From Methylocystaceae bacterium (GTDB lineage: Bacteria; Pseudomonadota; Alphaproteobacteria; Rhizobiales; Beijerinckiaceae), in contig PLAI01000141.1 of the NCBI GenBank assembly GCA_003134075.1, positions 30,352 through 88,713 on the forward strand: a stretch of 58,362 nucleotides of DNA, written 5' to 3'. The notes beneath the pieces were generated by a model. The model was not told where the DNA came from and ran no database searches. It saw only the letters and a program-made list of their open reading frames with translations. The stretch's first letter is position 1, and each line of letters begins with the position of its first letter. The position numbers were made by a program, and so were the translations under genes. Shown piece by piece: positions 11,497 to 20,670 of the stretch.

Positions 11497-11799
11497 ATGA
11501 ACGCCAACGCCAGCGGCCCCCGCTATTTCCTGTCCTACAGCGGGGTGAGCTTGCCGCTCAGGCTCGTTTCGCCGCTCGCCGCGAGCGAACTCCAAAATCG
11601 CAACACCTATTTTCGAGCCGTCTACGACGAAGCGGACAGACTCGTCTCCTGCGAAAAACTCGTCTATGGCGAAGTCGAGCTGACTCATCTTTATGAATAT
11701 CGGGCTGATGGCGTTCTTTCGCGCGCGCGCATCAGCATGGGCGACGACGAGCCGACCGAACTTCTGTTCGACGAGAGCGGCGCGCCCTTGCGCGCGTGA
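11497..11799 (+). CDS. Small conserved hypothetical protein (resembles DUF6156, recalled as nif-linked)
   Basis: YFLSYSGVSLPLRLVSPL ... YRADGVLSRARI; good codon usage; convergent with the AAA ATPase. Confidence 0.6.
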   Translation: MNANASGPRYFLSYSGVSLPLRLVSPLAASELQNRNTYFRAVYDEADRLVSCEKLVYGEVELTHLYEYRADGVLSRARISMGDDEPTELLFDESGAPLRA

Positions 11800-11802
11800 G
11801 CG

Positions 11803-13515
11803 CTACGCGGGCTCCAAAGCCTTCGCGCCGACGACGTCGAGCCCGCGGAAGATGGCGCAACGCCGGAACACCTCGATATCAGGCGAAACCTGCTTTTGAT
11901 GGCAAAATTTCGCCACGAGTTTCGCGAGTCCCTTGATGTCGCGCCCGGTCGCCGCCGGGAAGGTCGCGACGAGTTCGTCGATGAGCGCCTTGTCGAGCGA
12001 CAGATCGAACTGCCCCGCCATGACGCCCCAAATGCGCCGGCGCGCGTCGTCGTCGGGCGGATAATATTTGATCAACGCGATGCAGCGCGAAACGATGGCT
12101 TCGTCGATGTCGTCGACGCGATTGGTCGTGAGAAACAGCAGCCCGTTAAAATATTCGAGCACGCGCAAGAACACGCCGACGACGGCGTTCATGGCGATGT
12201 TATCGTCGCGGCGCTTGATATAGACGTCCGCCTCGTCGATCAGCATGACCGCGCCCCAGCGCTGCGCGCGCGTCAGTATCTCCTTTAACGCCGTCTCCAT
12301 CGTCGAAACGTTGAGCCCGAGTTGGCCCGAATGAACGCGGTAGAGCGGGCGCTGAATGATTTCCGAATAGACTTCCGCCGTCAGCGTCTTGCCGACGCCG
12401 GGCGGCCCCGCGCAGAGCACCGTCGTGCCGCCAGATTTTCCCGCGACGATATCGTCCATCAACATATCCATTTCGGCGGTCAATATGTCGATGAGGTCGG
12501 TTTGCTCGGGCGGCAGCACCAGCTTTTGCTTGAGTTCGGGCTGGTAGCGATAGGGCGCCATTTCGTCGACATGCACCCACAAATGGTGATGCAAGTCGAG
12601 ATGGAACATCAGAATATACGGATGCACCGGAACGCGCGTGAACATCCCTGCCGGGATTTGCTCTTGCAACTTCAGTATCTCGTCCTCGGCGGCGTAGTGG
12701 TTGCTCTTCGCCGCCTTGCGTACGAAGTGTCCGAGCACGTCGCCGGGCGCTTCGAGCGTTAGACTGCGCGCTGACAAGACGCCTTCGTCATTCACGAGTC
12801 GCGCGTCGCCGCCGCTCGTCGACAAAACGATGATGTCCTTGCGCGACCAGTCCATGTCGCGATGCGAGGCGTTGGGGTCTTCGGCGTGGAAACCCGTTCC
12901 CCTGCCGGTGAACTGCGAGCCATAGCGGCCGCGCCATTCGAAATAGGTTTCGGCCGCGGCGTCGAACGCCTCGATCAACGCCGGGGTTTCGCGCAAGAAG
13001 CCCTTGGCGGCGAGGATTTCGCTGATCGTGCGGCCGGCGACGTCGGCGGCGTTGATACGGACGGAGGTGGATTGCAGCACGCCTTTCGCGTTGGCCTTGA
13101 GTTCGACCAGAATCTTGCCGGATTCGTCGTTGGAGGTGGGAACATAGTCGAAGCGCGTGACGAGATAAGGGAGGGGCTTGCTGGCGACGCTCGCCGTGAA
13201 AAGCCAGCCGCGAATGGCGTTCGTCGTCAAATGCCGCACGAGCGCCGGAAGCGCCATTTCGAGATCGCCGGCCTCGAATCTCACGCCGTCGTTCAGCAGC
13301 GCGGCGCGAATAGTGGCGAGTTGCGCGGCCTTGGCGCGCATGTCCGGCCCCGATCCCCGGTAGCGCTCCTCCAGGAAGTCGAGTTCCTCGCTGGAGAGAT
13401 GCGACAGGTCGACCTCGACGCGCTCGTTGAACCGCAACTGTTCCGCGAGACCGGAATGCGCCGGGAAACGCTCCATCAAGGCTTCGACATGCGCCCGTTC
13501 GATCTGAATGTTCAT
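11803..13515 (-). CDS. AAA+ ATPase with uncharacterised N-terminal region
   Basis: Walker A GPPGVGKT, Walker B MLIDEAD, sensor LTTNR, SRC Arg finger, GRDIK. Confidence 0.85.
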   Translation of the reverse strand: MNIQIERAHVEALMERFPAHSGLAEQLRFNERVEVDLSHLSSEELDFLEERYRGSGPDMRAKAAQLATIRAALLNDGVRFEAGDLEMALPALVRHLTTNAIRGWLFTASVASKPLPYLVTRFDYVPTSNDESGKILVELKANAKGVLQSTSVRINAADVAGRTISEILAAKGFLRETPALIEAFDAAAETYFEWRGRYGSQFTGRGTGFHAEDPNASHRDMDWSRKDIIVLSTSGGDARLVNDEGVLSARSLTLEAPGDVLGHFVRKAAKSNHYAAEDEILKLQEQIPAGMFTRVPVHPYILMFHLDLHHHLWVHVDEMAPYRYQPELKQKLVLPPEQTDLIDILTAEMDMLMDDIVAGKSGGTTVLCAGPPGVGKTLTAEVYSEIIQRPLYRVHSGQLGLNVSTMETALKEILTRAQRWGAVMLIDEADVYIKRRDDNIAMNAVVGVFLRVLEYFNGLLFLTTNRVDDIDEAIVSRCIALIKYYPPDDDARRRIWGVMAGQFDLSLDKALIDELVATFPAATGRDIKGLAKLVAKFCHQKQVSPDIEVFRRCAIFRGLDVVGAKALEPA

Positions 13516-15128
13516 CGCCGTGTCCGTCTCTCTTCTGGATAGGGAGGCAAGGTGAGAATGCGCGCGTCTTCGACCGGCGCGCCGACCGTGAAGTGGTAGA
13601 CATCCTGGAACGCGGTTTGATCCTCCGCGAGGCCTAGCAGAGCATGAACCTCATCGTCGAAGAAGCAGCCGATGCCAGTTCCCGCGAAGCCGCTCGCGCT
13701 GGCGCCGAGATAGAGCGCCTGTCCGATGAGGCCGGCCTCCCAATGCAGGCGCCGATATGCGAAGGCGCCCTCCGCATCGAGCGTCCGGTCGAATTCGGCG
13801 ATCATCGCGACGCTGAAGCAGCCCTTACCGGAAATCGCCTGCAGACAGGCGAGACGCGTCGCCTCGCGTTGGGCGTCGCCGGCTCGCAAGCGAAACAACG
13901 GCAGCTCGCTCGGCTCGACAGGCGCCCATTCGAAATCTCGGGAACAGGCCGCGCGCAATCGCCCGGCGAGACGAGCGTCTCGGGCCAGCAGATAAAGTCC
14001 TGACTCGAGGCCCTCGACGCGGTGGACGAACAAGACGAGCGTCAGCGCCGCCGGCCATGGGAAGGCCGCGAGCAGTGGCTCCGCGCCCGGCATCGTCGCC
14101 GCGAGCATCGAGAAAAACGCGGCGCGGGGCAGCGTTGATTTTCCGTCGAAGCGTTGCGCGCTGCGTCGCCCGCGCACGACCTCGGCGATGGAGGGACCGC
14201 TTGCGCCGGCGGGCTGACACGCCTTCCGCGGCGGGGCGGCTACGCCCGCGCCGCGTGGCTTGCGGCAAAGTTGAAACGCGAGATCGACGAGCGGCCAGCC
14301 GTCGTGATCCTCGCTCAACTGGTTCGCCGCTCCATGCCAGATGCACGCCGCGTCGATAATGCCACGGGGGTCGAAAGGCGCGGGGAGCGAACGATCGACC
14401 TCGATCCAGGCCAATAGTTCGGGGTGCTCGCGCTCGCGCCGATGCGCGGCGTCTTCCCGCGCGAGGCCAAGCAGCGCGGATATTTCGTCGTCGGACGGCT
14501 CGCAAAGGACATGAGCGCGCCAGCCGAGCGCCGCCGCGGCTTGAGCCGCCGCGCCGATCGCATGGCCGGCGTCGAGCTGACAATAACGAAAGGCGCGCTC
14601 GCCATATTTCCAGGCCTCCCGCCACGCTATGGAGCCGAGCGCGAGCAGAAAACCGCCCGGCGGAAGCAGATCCGCGTCGGCGAAACTGGCGCGCGACTCC
14701 AGCGCGTGATCGAGCGGCGCGTAATGATAGAGCGCCGTCGTGTCGGCACCCACATCGCCTGCTCTCAAAATCACCCAGGCTTCCGTAGGATGCAGATTGC
14801 CGCTCGAGGGATTGTTGCGCAGCGCCCAGGTCGATCCCTCGACGCTCTTCCAGGCGCTGAGGCCGAACGCGAGTTCGAGAAACAATCCCAAGGCGTTGCG
14901 ATCGAGCTTCGCCGCGCGCGGCGCGGGACCTGGAAACGAAGGCGTGTCGCCGCCATCGTGCAGCGGAAGCGTGATCCGCGGACTGCCCACGAAGGAGCGA
15001 TAGGGCGACGGTTGCGAAGTCCAGTCGAGAAAGGCCGGACCGAGCGCATAGCGGTTCGGCGCATGTTTGGTGCGCCGGTGATAGCCTCTTATGTCGCTTG
15101 GGAGCCTATCGGCCTGGTGGATTGTCAT
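13512..15128 (-). CDS. SagB/ThcOx-type nitroreductase-fold flavoprotein (two domains)
   Basis: YHRRTKH, LRNNPSSGNLHPTEAW, REAWKYGERAFRYCQLDAGH, GRRSAQRF, GIGCFFDDEVH. Confidence 0.8.
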   Translation of the reverse strand: MTIHQADRLPSDIRGYHRRTKHAPNRYALGPAFLDWTSQPSPYRSFVGSPRITLPLHDGGDTPSFPGPAPRAAKLDRNALGLFLELAFGLSAWKSVEGSTWALRNNPSSGNLHPTEAWVILRAGDVGADTTALYHYAPLDHALESRASFADADLLPPGGFLLALGSIAWREAWKYGERAFRYCQLDAGHAIGAAAQAAAALGWRAHVLCEPSDDEISALLGLAREDAAHRREREHPELLAWIEVDRSLPAPFDPRGIIDAACIWHGAANQLSEDHDGWPLVDLAFQLCRKPRGAGVAAPPRKACQPAGASGPSIAEVVRGRRSAQRFDGKSTLPRAAFFSMLAATMPGAEPLLAAFPWPAALTLVLFVHRVEGLESGLYLLARDARLAGRLRAACSRDFEWAPVEPSELPLFRLRAGDAQREATRLACLQAISGKGCFSVAMIAEFDRTLDAEGAFAYRRLHWEAGLIGQALYLGASASGFAGTGIGCFFDDEVHALLGLAEDQTAFQDVYHFTVGAPVEDARILTLPPYPEERRTRR

Positions 15129-15140
15129 ATATGCCCCGCC

Positions 15141-15755
15141 TCAACGATATCCCTCTTCCGCCAGCACCTGCCGCACGGCGGGCCGCGTCCGCATTAGCGC
15201 GTAATGGGCGCGGCAATTGACCGGCAAATCCATCCCGATTTTGTCGGCCCAGAACTCAACATAGAACAGCGCGGCGTCGGCGATCGAAAAGGCGCCGGCG
15301 ACATAAGACTTTCCGTCGAGCCGGTCATTAACGAGCGCGAACGCCTCGGCCGCGATCCTGCGCCCGTCAGCCTTTATCGCCTCAACGGTTTGATGCTTTG
15401 AAACATATCGCTCGGGCGTGAACACGCGGCGAAAGCCCTCGCCGTGGATGTGACGCGCGCAGAAGTTCAACGTCTCCATGGCGTCATCAGCCGCGCTTTC
15501 GTCCGAAGGCAATAATTTTCGGCGAGGGTAGGCGTTGGCCAGCCATGTCGCGATGGAGACGAAGTCGGTCAGCGCGACGCCGTCGTCGCGAAGCAATGTC
15601 GGAATTGTCCCATTGGGATTGATGGCGAGATATTCGGGCGTCAAATGCTCTCCCTTCGGGAGATTGACGATATAGGCCTCGAAAACCAGGCCTATTTCCT
15701 CGAGCAGAATGTGAATGCCGGTCGAACAGGATCCTGGCACCATATAGAATTTCAT
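15141..15755 (-). CDS. Glutathione S-transferase family protein (beta-class-like)
   Basis: PGSCS N-terminus, INPNGTIPTL, FSIADAALF. Confidence 0.88.
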   Translation of the reverse strand: MKFYMVPGSCSTGIHILLEEIGLVFEAYIVNLPKGEHLTPEYLAINPNGTIPTLLRDDGVALTDFVSIATWLANAYPRRKLLPSDESAADDAMETLNFCARHIHGEGFRRVFTPERYVSKHQTVEAIKADGRRIAAEAFALVNDRLDGKSYVAGAFSIADAALFYVEFWADKIGMDLPVNCRAHYALMRTRPAVRQVLAEEGYR

Positions 15756-15803
15756 TAGGGCCCACGCTTTGATCCGCGGTTGCGATGATATTCAACTCGA
15801 TAA

Positions 15804-15819
15804 CGCAATTCGGGCGCCA
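15804..15819 (-). promoter_or_regulatory. sigma54 -24/-12 promoter for the GST-SagB-AAA operon
   Basis: Minus strand TGGCGCCCGAATTGCG: GG-N10-GC with TGGC and TTGC. Confidence 0.65.
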
Positions 15820-16127
15820 TTCATTCGACCGGAATCCGCCAGTCGCGCCAGCCGCGGCGGCGCCGTGAACGCGGAACCGCTCCGGCGGGTTGGACGCGAA
15901 AAGCCGCGCGCGGGGTATCCGAATAGGACTGATACGGATAAGCCCACGGTTTGCGTCGAGACAGAAAAGCAAAACGAAATTCACCGCGAAGCTGAGAAGA
16001 GCGCTAGGTTTAGTTTAGCCTCATATAAAATGGGCATCGACGCCTCCAAGCAAACAAGTTTGTTCGCATCGCTTCAATCATGTCGCAAATCCGCGTTTAT
16101 TGTCAGCTGGATATACTTTGTGACCCG

Positions 16128-16140
16128 CAAATAGTTGATT
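16128..16140 (-). promoter_or_regulatory. IHF binding site
   Basis: Minus strand AATCAA-CTAT-TTG is an exact match to WATCAANNNNTTR, just upstream of the sigma54 site at 16157. Confidence 0.65.
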
Positions 16141-16156
16141 TTTTTCGGCGCCACCT

Positions 16157-16172
16157 TGGCCCGCATGTTGCG
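16157..16172 (+). promoter_or_regulatory. sigma54 -24/-12 promoter for the FeSII-rubrerythrin operon
   Basis: TGGCCCGCATGTTGCG: GG-N10-GC. Confidence 0.75.
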
Positions 16173-16235
16173 TTTCGCCGCCGGAAGCAATCTAGCGCCG
16201 TCGACGGCGACGGTCGAAAAATCGGGAGGATAGCC

Positions 16236-17144
16236 TTGGCCAACGTGACTTTCTCATCACCCGTGCTTGCGCGCGACATTACGGTCTATGCCATCGCCGG
16301 CGATCGAGGCACGATCTTGGCTGTCGCCAAGGCTCATAAAATTCCCATTCCCTTCGATTGTCAGGATGGCGAATGCGGCTCCTGCCTCGTCGAGGTCAAG
16401 CATCTCAGCCCCCACGTCAAATACGGGATCGCCTTGACCGAGAAGGAAAAGGAAGTTCTGCGGCAATTGGGCAAAATCACCAAGACCGAGATCGAAAACG
16501 CCGAAGTCAACGACATGCCGCCGCGCTATCGCTTGGCCTGTCAATGTTTCGTGCGCAACGAGGACATCATCGTCACCTTCGAAGGCGACCAGACTCTTCC
16601 GGCGCAAGGCCCGCATATCACCCATGCCGCGAACCGCTTCAAAGGCGGTATAGAGATCGCCACGGTTAACGAATTCCTGGGGTACGCCGTGAAGGTCGAA
16701 GAGGACGCCGCCATACATTTCGATGAACTCGCGACGACCATGGAGAGTTGCGGAAATGAGGAAGTGGCCAAACTATTTCGTCAACTCGCTGGCTTTTCGC
16801 GGCTTCATCTCGCCGAGGCGAAGAACCGGGCCGGCTCGCTTGACCTCACCAAGGTCATTCCGCCCGACTACGTATGGCCGAGTCACGCGACGCCGGAGCG
16901 CACCGAGCTTTGGGCCGCCGATCCATCACTGTCGCGGCTTGACGGCTTGAAGGCGGCTCTGCAAGGTGAGCGTCGGGGCTACGAGTTTTATCGCGCCGTG
17001 GTCGCGAAGACCAAGTCGCCGGAAATAGAGGCGATGGCCAAGGAGTTCGTCAAGGAGGAGGCCGAGCACGTCAAAATTCTCGAGGCCTGGATCACGCGCG
17101 AGGAATGGGCGGCGAAGAACGCGAAATCGCGCGAGAACGCCTGA
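16236..17144 (+). CDS. FeSII (Shethna protein II)-like [2Fe-2S] ferredoxin fused to a rubrerythrin/ferritin-like domain
   Basis: TTG start after GGGAGG; IPFDCQDGECGSC ... LTEKEKEVLRQLGKI ... PPRYRLACQ, then a four-helix bundle with EEAEH. Confidence 0.8.
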   Translation: MANVTFSSPVLARDITVYAIAGDRGTILAVAKAHKIPIPFDCQDGECGSCLVEVKHLSPHVKYGIALTEKEKEVLRQLGKITKTEIENAEVNDMPPRYRLACQCFVRNEDIIVTFEGDQTLPAQGPHITHAANRFKGGIEIATVNEFLGYAVKVEEDAAIHFDELATTMESCGNEEVAKLFRQLAGFSRLHLAEAKNRAGSLDLTKVIPPDYVWPSHATPERTELWAADPSLSRLDGLKAALQGERRGYEFYRAVVAKTKSPEIEAMAKEFVKEEAEHVKILEAWITREEWAAKNAKSRENA

Positions 17145-17236
17145 GCGGCGTCCAACGAAGGTCGTGAAGGGGGCGTGGCGAGGCCGGCCCCCTGCTTTTC
17201 CTTCACGAAGCGCGATCAATTCAGGAGGAGCTGAAA

Positions 17237-17713
17237 ATGCAATCCGTCGAAGAATTTCTTGCTTACGCCATCAATGTCGAAACGGAGGCCGCGAGCCGCT
17301 TTGGTCAACTCGCCGACGCGATGGAAGCCTGCGGCAATCGTGAGGTCGGCAAACTGTTTCGTCGGCTCTCGGATTACTCCAGACTGCATCTCGCCGATGC
17401 GCGCGCGCGGTCCGGCTTTCGCGAAATTCCAAAGATGAAGTCCGAGGATTTCGTTTGGCCCGGGTTGGAAAGCCCGGAGACAGCCGCGATCTGGGCCGCC
17501 GATCCGTTCATTGGCCGGGAGCAGGCTCTGGAGATCGCGCTCGACGCCGAAACGGCGGGCTACGAATATTACAAGAACGTGCTCGAAACGACGTCCGATC
17601 CGGAAATCAAAGCGCTGGCGAAGGAGTTTGTCGAGGAGGAGAGCGGCCATGTCGCCGAACTCCGGAAATGGATCGCCGCGCATAAGGCGGGTCAAATCAC
17701 GCCAGCCGATTAG
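17237..17713 (+). CDS. Rubrerythrin/ferritin-like protein without a rubredoxin domain; paralogue of the upstream C-terminal domain
   Basis: AGGAGG RBS; EEFLAYAINVE, CGNREVGKLF, YSRLH, EEESGH. Confidence 0.85.
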   Translation: MQSVEEFLAYAINVETEAASRFGQLADAMEACGNREVGKLFRRLSDYSRLHLADARARSGFREIPKMKSEDFVWPGLESPETAAIWAADPFIGREQALEIALDAETAGYEYYKNVLETTSDPEIKALAKEFVEEESGHVAELRKWIAAHKAGQITPAD

Positions 17714-17864
17714 CCGCCGCTTTGATCTTTAGCTAGATCGCGTCCATGCCGCGTGGCGATTATTGAAACGCCGCCGGGGGCGTGGCGCCTTCCGATTGTC
17801 TCCCTACGCGCCGCCATTCGGCGCCGCGCGGCCCATGAAAGAATGGTCGCCGCGCGGCGTTGTT

Positions 17865-18164
17865 TCAGCCGAACTTGAACAGGACGCCATAACCGCCGCG
17901 CGGGTAGTTCCAAACAATGTCGCCGGACGGTTCGCACAAGATCCGGCAGGTGCCGCATTCCAGACAGCCGTCTGGCGTGATCTCGACTTGTCCCGCGCTA
18001 TTCTCGGCATAGCAGCCGGCGGGACAAAGCGTCGTCATCGCCAAGAGATTTTTCGAGGGCGTGCTGTGCGGCTCGATAACGATGTGCGGCTTGCCGGCAT
18101 CCACGAGATATCGGTTCTGGAACAGTTTCTCTTCGACACGCGCTGGCTGTATGGACATGACCAT
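17865..18164 (-). CDS. fixX: Ferredoxin-like protein FixX
   Basis: [29 protein letters not shown]; follows fixC. Confidence 0.93.
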   Translation of the reverse strand: MVMSIQPARVEEKLFQNRYLVDAGKPHIVIEPHSTPSKNLLAMTTLCPAGCYAENSAGQVEITPDGCLECGTCRILCEPSGDIVWNYPRGGYGVLFKFG

Positions 18165-18213
18165 TCTCCTGTCGCCATGGGATTGAATGCCCGGGGCGAG
18201 CCGGGCCGCTTTG

Positions 18214-19521
18214 TCAGCGCCAAGCGCGCGCCAAACGCACCGCGTCGCCGAACAGACCCGTCCAGTTGCGTTCCTTCACGAACGCGCGGATCGACGCCTT
18301 TTCCTTGTCGATTTTGGGCGTGCCGTCGACGCGCAGGAAATTTTCCATCGCGTTGGACATCAGCTTGGGATAGGCGAGGAAGTAGTTCTTGGCCTGCGTA
18401 TGCAGCAGCGCGGGCATATCCTTGTATTTTTTCAGATCCTTCATGACGAAGCTTTCGTCGAGCAGCTTTTTGTAAAGCGCGAGATTTTGCTTCGTCATCG
18501 GCTCCCGGCGCGTCTTCAACTGGAAGATCGCCTCGCCCGCGAAGCGCCCCGAGGTCATCGCGAGATTGGAGCCTTCGCGGTGGATCGCGTTGTTCAGCTG
18601 CGCGGCGTCGCCGACGACGACCCAGCCGTCGCCAAAGAGTTCGGGAATGGTTTTGTAGCCGCCCTCGGGAATGAGATGCGCGGCGTATTCCTTCACCTCC
18701 GAGCCCTCCAGCAGGGGCGCCACCGACGGGTGTTTCTTGAACGCTTCCAGCAAGCCATAGGGCGTTTCGGTGGTTCCCGCGAAGTCCGAAACCAGGCAGC
18801 CCATGCCGACCGAAATGCTCTCCTTGTTGGTGTATATGAAGCCCATGCCGGTCATCCCCTTGGAGATGGTCCCGGCGGCTTCGATAACCACGCCCTCGTC
18901 GCCGTGCAGATTGAATCTGGCGTCGATCGTTTCGCGCGGTAGAAAATGCATTTCCTTGACCGCGAGAGCCACGTGGTCCGCTTTCGGCGTTTCGCGAAGA
19001 CCTGCCCGGGAGCCGAGCAGACCGTTGACGCCTTCCGCGATGACGACGACATCGGCGAAGATCGTTCCGCCGCGGCGGTCGGTCGCAACGCCGATCACCT
19101 TGCCATAGGCGTCGCTCACAAGCTGCGTGACCGTGGTCTCCGCGATGACGATGGTTCCCTTCGCCTGCGCTTCCTTGTTGAACCAGCGATCGAACTGCGA
19201 GCGGATGATCGTGTATCGGTTCGGACTTTCCTCGTTGAAGTCGTCGGAGCGATATTGCAGCCCGGTGTGCGAACGGTCGGTCATCATCCAGAAGCGCTGC
19301 TCGACGAGATGGCGCTCCAACGGCGCCTCTTCGCGAAAATTCGGGATGATCTTCTCGAGCATGTCGGCATAGAGGATCCCGCCCTGCACATTCTTCGAGC
19401 CCGGATATTCTCCGCGTTCGAGCTGCAGCACCTTTAGGCCGCGCGACGCCATCGTGTAAGCGGCGGCGTTGCCAGCCATGCCGGCCCCGATAACGATCGC
19501 GTCGAATTTCTCTTCGATCAT
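18214..19521 (-). CDS. fixC: ETF-quinone oxidoreductase FixC
   Basis: [42 protein letters not shown]. Confidence 0.95.
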   Translation of the reverse strand: MIEEKFDAIVIGAGMAGNAAAYTMASRGLKVLQLERGEYPGSKNVQGGILYADMLEKIIPNFREEAPLERHLVEQRFWMMTDRSHTGLQYRSDDFNEESPNRYTIIRSQFDRWFNKEAQAKGTIVIAETTVTQLVSDAYGKVIGVATDRRGGTIFADVVVIAEGVNGLLGSRAGLRETPKADHVALAVKEMHFLPRETIDARFNLHGDEGVVIEAAGTISKGMTGMGFIYTNKESISVGMGCLVSDFAGTTETPYGLLEAFKKHPSVAPLLEGSEVKEYAAHLIPEGGYKTIPELFGDGWVVVGDAAQLNNAIHREGSNLAMTSGRFAGEAIFQLKTRREPMTKQNLALYKKLLDESFVMKDLKKYKDMPALLHTQAKNYFLAYPKLMSNAMENFLRVDGTPKIDKEKASIRAFVKERNWTGLFGDAVRLARAWR

Positions 19522-19555
19522 GGGACTGCTCCTTCCTTGCGATCCGGATGAACGG

Positions 19556-20656
19556 TCAGCCCGCAAGCCGATCGCGGTTGTGCGGCGACAGGCGTTTGCG
19601 GAAAGCCTCCGTCAACGCCGGCAGTAATCTGATGGCGTCGGTGACGACGCCAAGGTGCGCGAAGTCGAATATCGGCGCGTTCTTGTCGGTGTTAATCGCC
19701 AAGATCATATCGGCGCCTTCGACCCCGACGCGGTGTTGAATGGCGCCGGATATCCCGGCCGCGATATAAAGCTTGGGACGAATGGTCTTGCCGGTCTGGC
19801 CGATTTGACGGTCGGAACCGATCCAGCCTTTCTGCACCAGCGGCCGCGATCCGCCGAACTCCGCCCCAAGAACGCTCGCGAGATTGCGCACCAGTTGGAA
19901 ATTCTCGGCGCTCTGCAAACCGAGCCCGCCCGCCACGACGACATCGGCGAAGGCGAGGTTGGATTTCGTGGAGTCGCGGTCCGGAATGAATTTGAGAATC
20001 TTGGTGATGATCTCATCTTCGTTCAGGTCCGCCTTGAACGGAATAACCTGTCCGACGCGCGCGGCGTCTCGCGGCGGCATCGGCATTTGCCGCGGTCGCA
20101 CGGTGGCCATTTGCGGCCGATAGTTCAGCGTGTAGATCGTGCAGAGCAGCGAGCCGCCAAAAGTCGGGCGCGTCGCGGCGAGCGAACCGTCGGCGTCGAC
20201 CGCCAACTCCGTGCAATCGGCGGTGAGGCCGGTCAGCAGCGTTGTCGCGACCGAGCCCGCGAGATCGCGCCCGAGCGTCGTGGCGCCGAGCAACAAAATC
20301 TCCGGCTTATGGGCGTTGACGAGTTGCGTCAGAGCCTTCGAATAGGACTCGTTGCGGTAGTCGGCGAGAATGGGATCCTCGACGAGATAGGCGACGTCCG
20401 CGCCATGGCGGAAGGCTTCCGCGACAGCGGCGCGCGTCGCCTCTCCCGGAGCGCCAAACACCGCGCCGCAAAGCTGCACGCCAAGTTTGTCGGCAAGCTT
20501 GCGCCCCGCGCCGAGCAACTCCCAAGAGACGGGATGAACTTCACCGCGCTCCTGTTCGATGAACACCCACACATGTTTGTAGCCGCGAAAATGTTCCGGC
20601 AGCTCTTTCTTGGCGGCGGCGCGGCTCGCGGGCTGGGGTGCTGGAGCTTCGGACAT
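19556..20656 (-). CDS. fixB: Electron transfer flavoprotein alpha subunit FixB
   Basis: [38 protein letters not shown]. Confidence 0.95.
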   Translation of the reverse strand: MSEAPAPQPASRAAAKKELPEHFRGYKHVWVFIEQERGEVHPVSWELLGAGRKLADKLGVQLCGAVFGAPGEATRAAVAEAFRHGADVAYLVEDPILADYRNESYSKALTQLVNAHKPEILLLGATTLGRDLAGSVATTLLTGLTADCTELAVDADGSLAATRPTFGGSLLCTIYTLNYRPQMATVRPRQMPMPPRDAARVGQVIPFKADLNEDEIITKILKFIPDRDSTKSNLAFADVVVAGGLGLQSAENFQLVRNLASVLGAEFGGSRPLVQKGWIGSDRQIGQTGKTIRPKLYIAAGISGAIQHRVGVEGADMILAINTDKNAPIFDFAHLGVVTDAIRLLPALTEAFRKRLSPHNRDRLAG

Positions 20657-20670
20657 CTCGCTCTCCTCGT

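Noticed and set aside
13512-15128. RiPP (azole peptide) biosynthetic cluster around the SagB-like gene
   Set aside because: No YcaO, precursor peptide, protease or exporter in the neighbourhood
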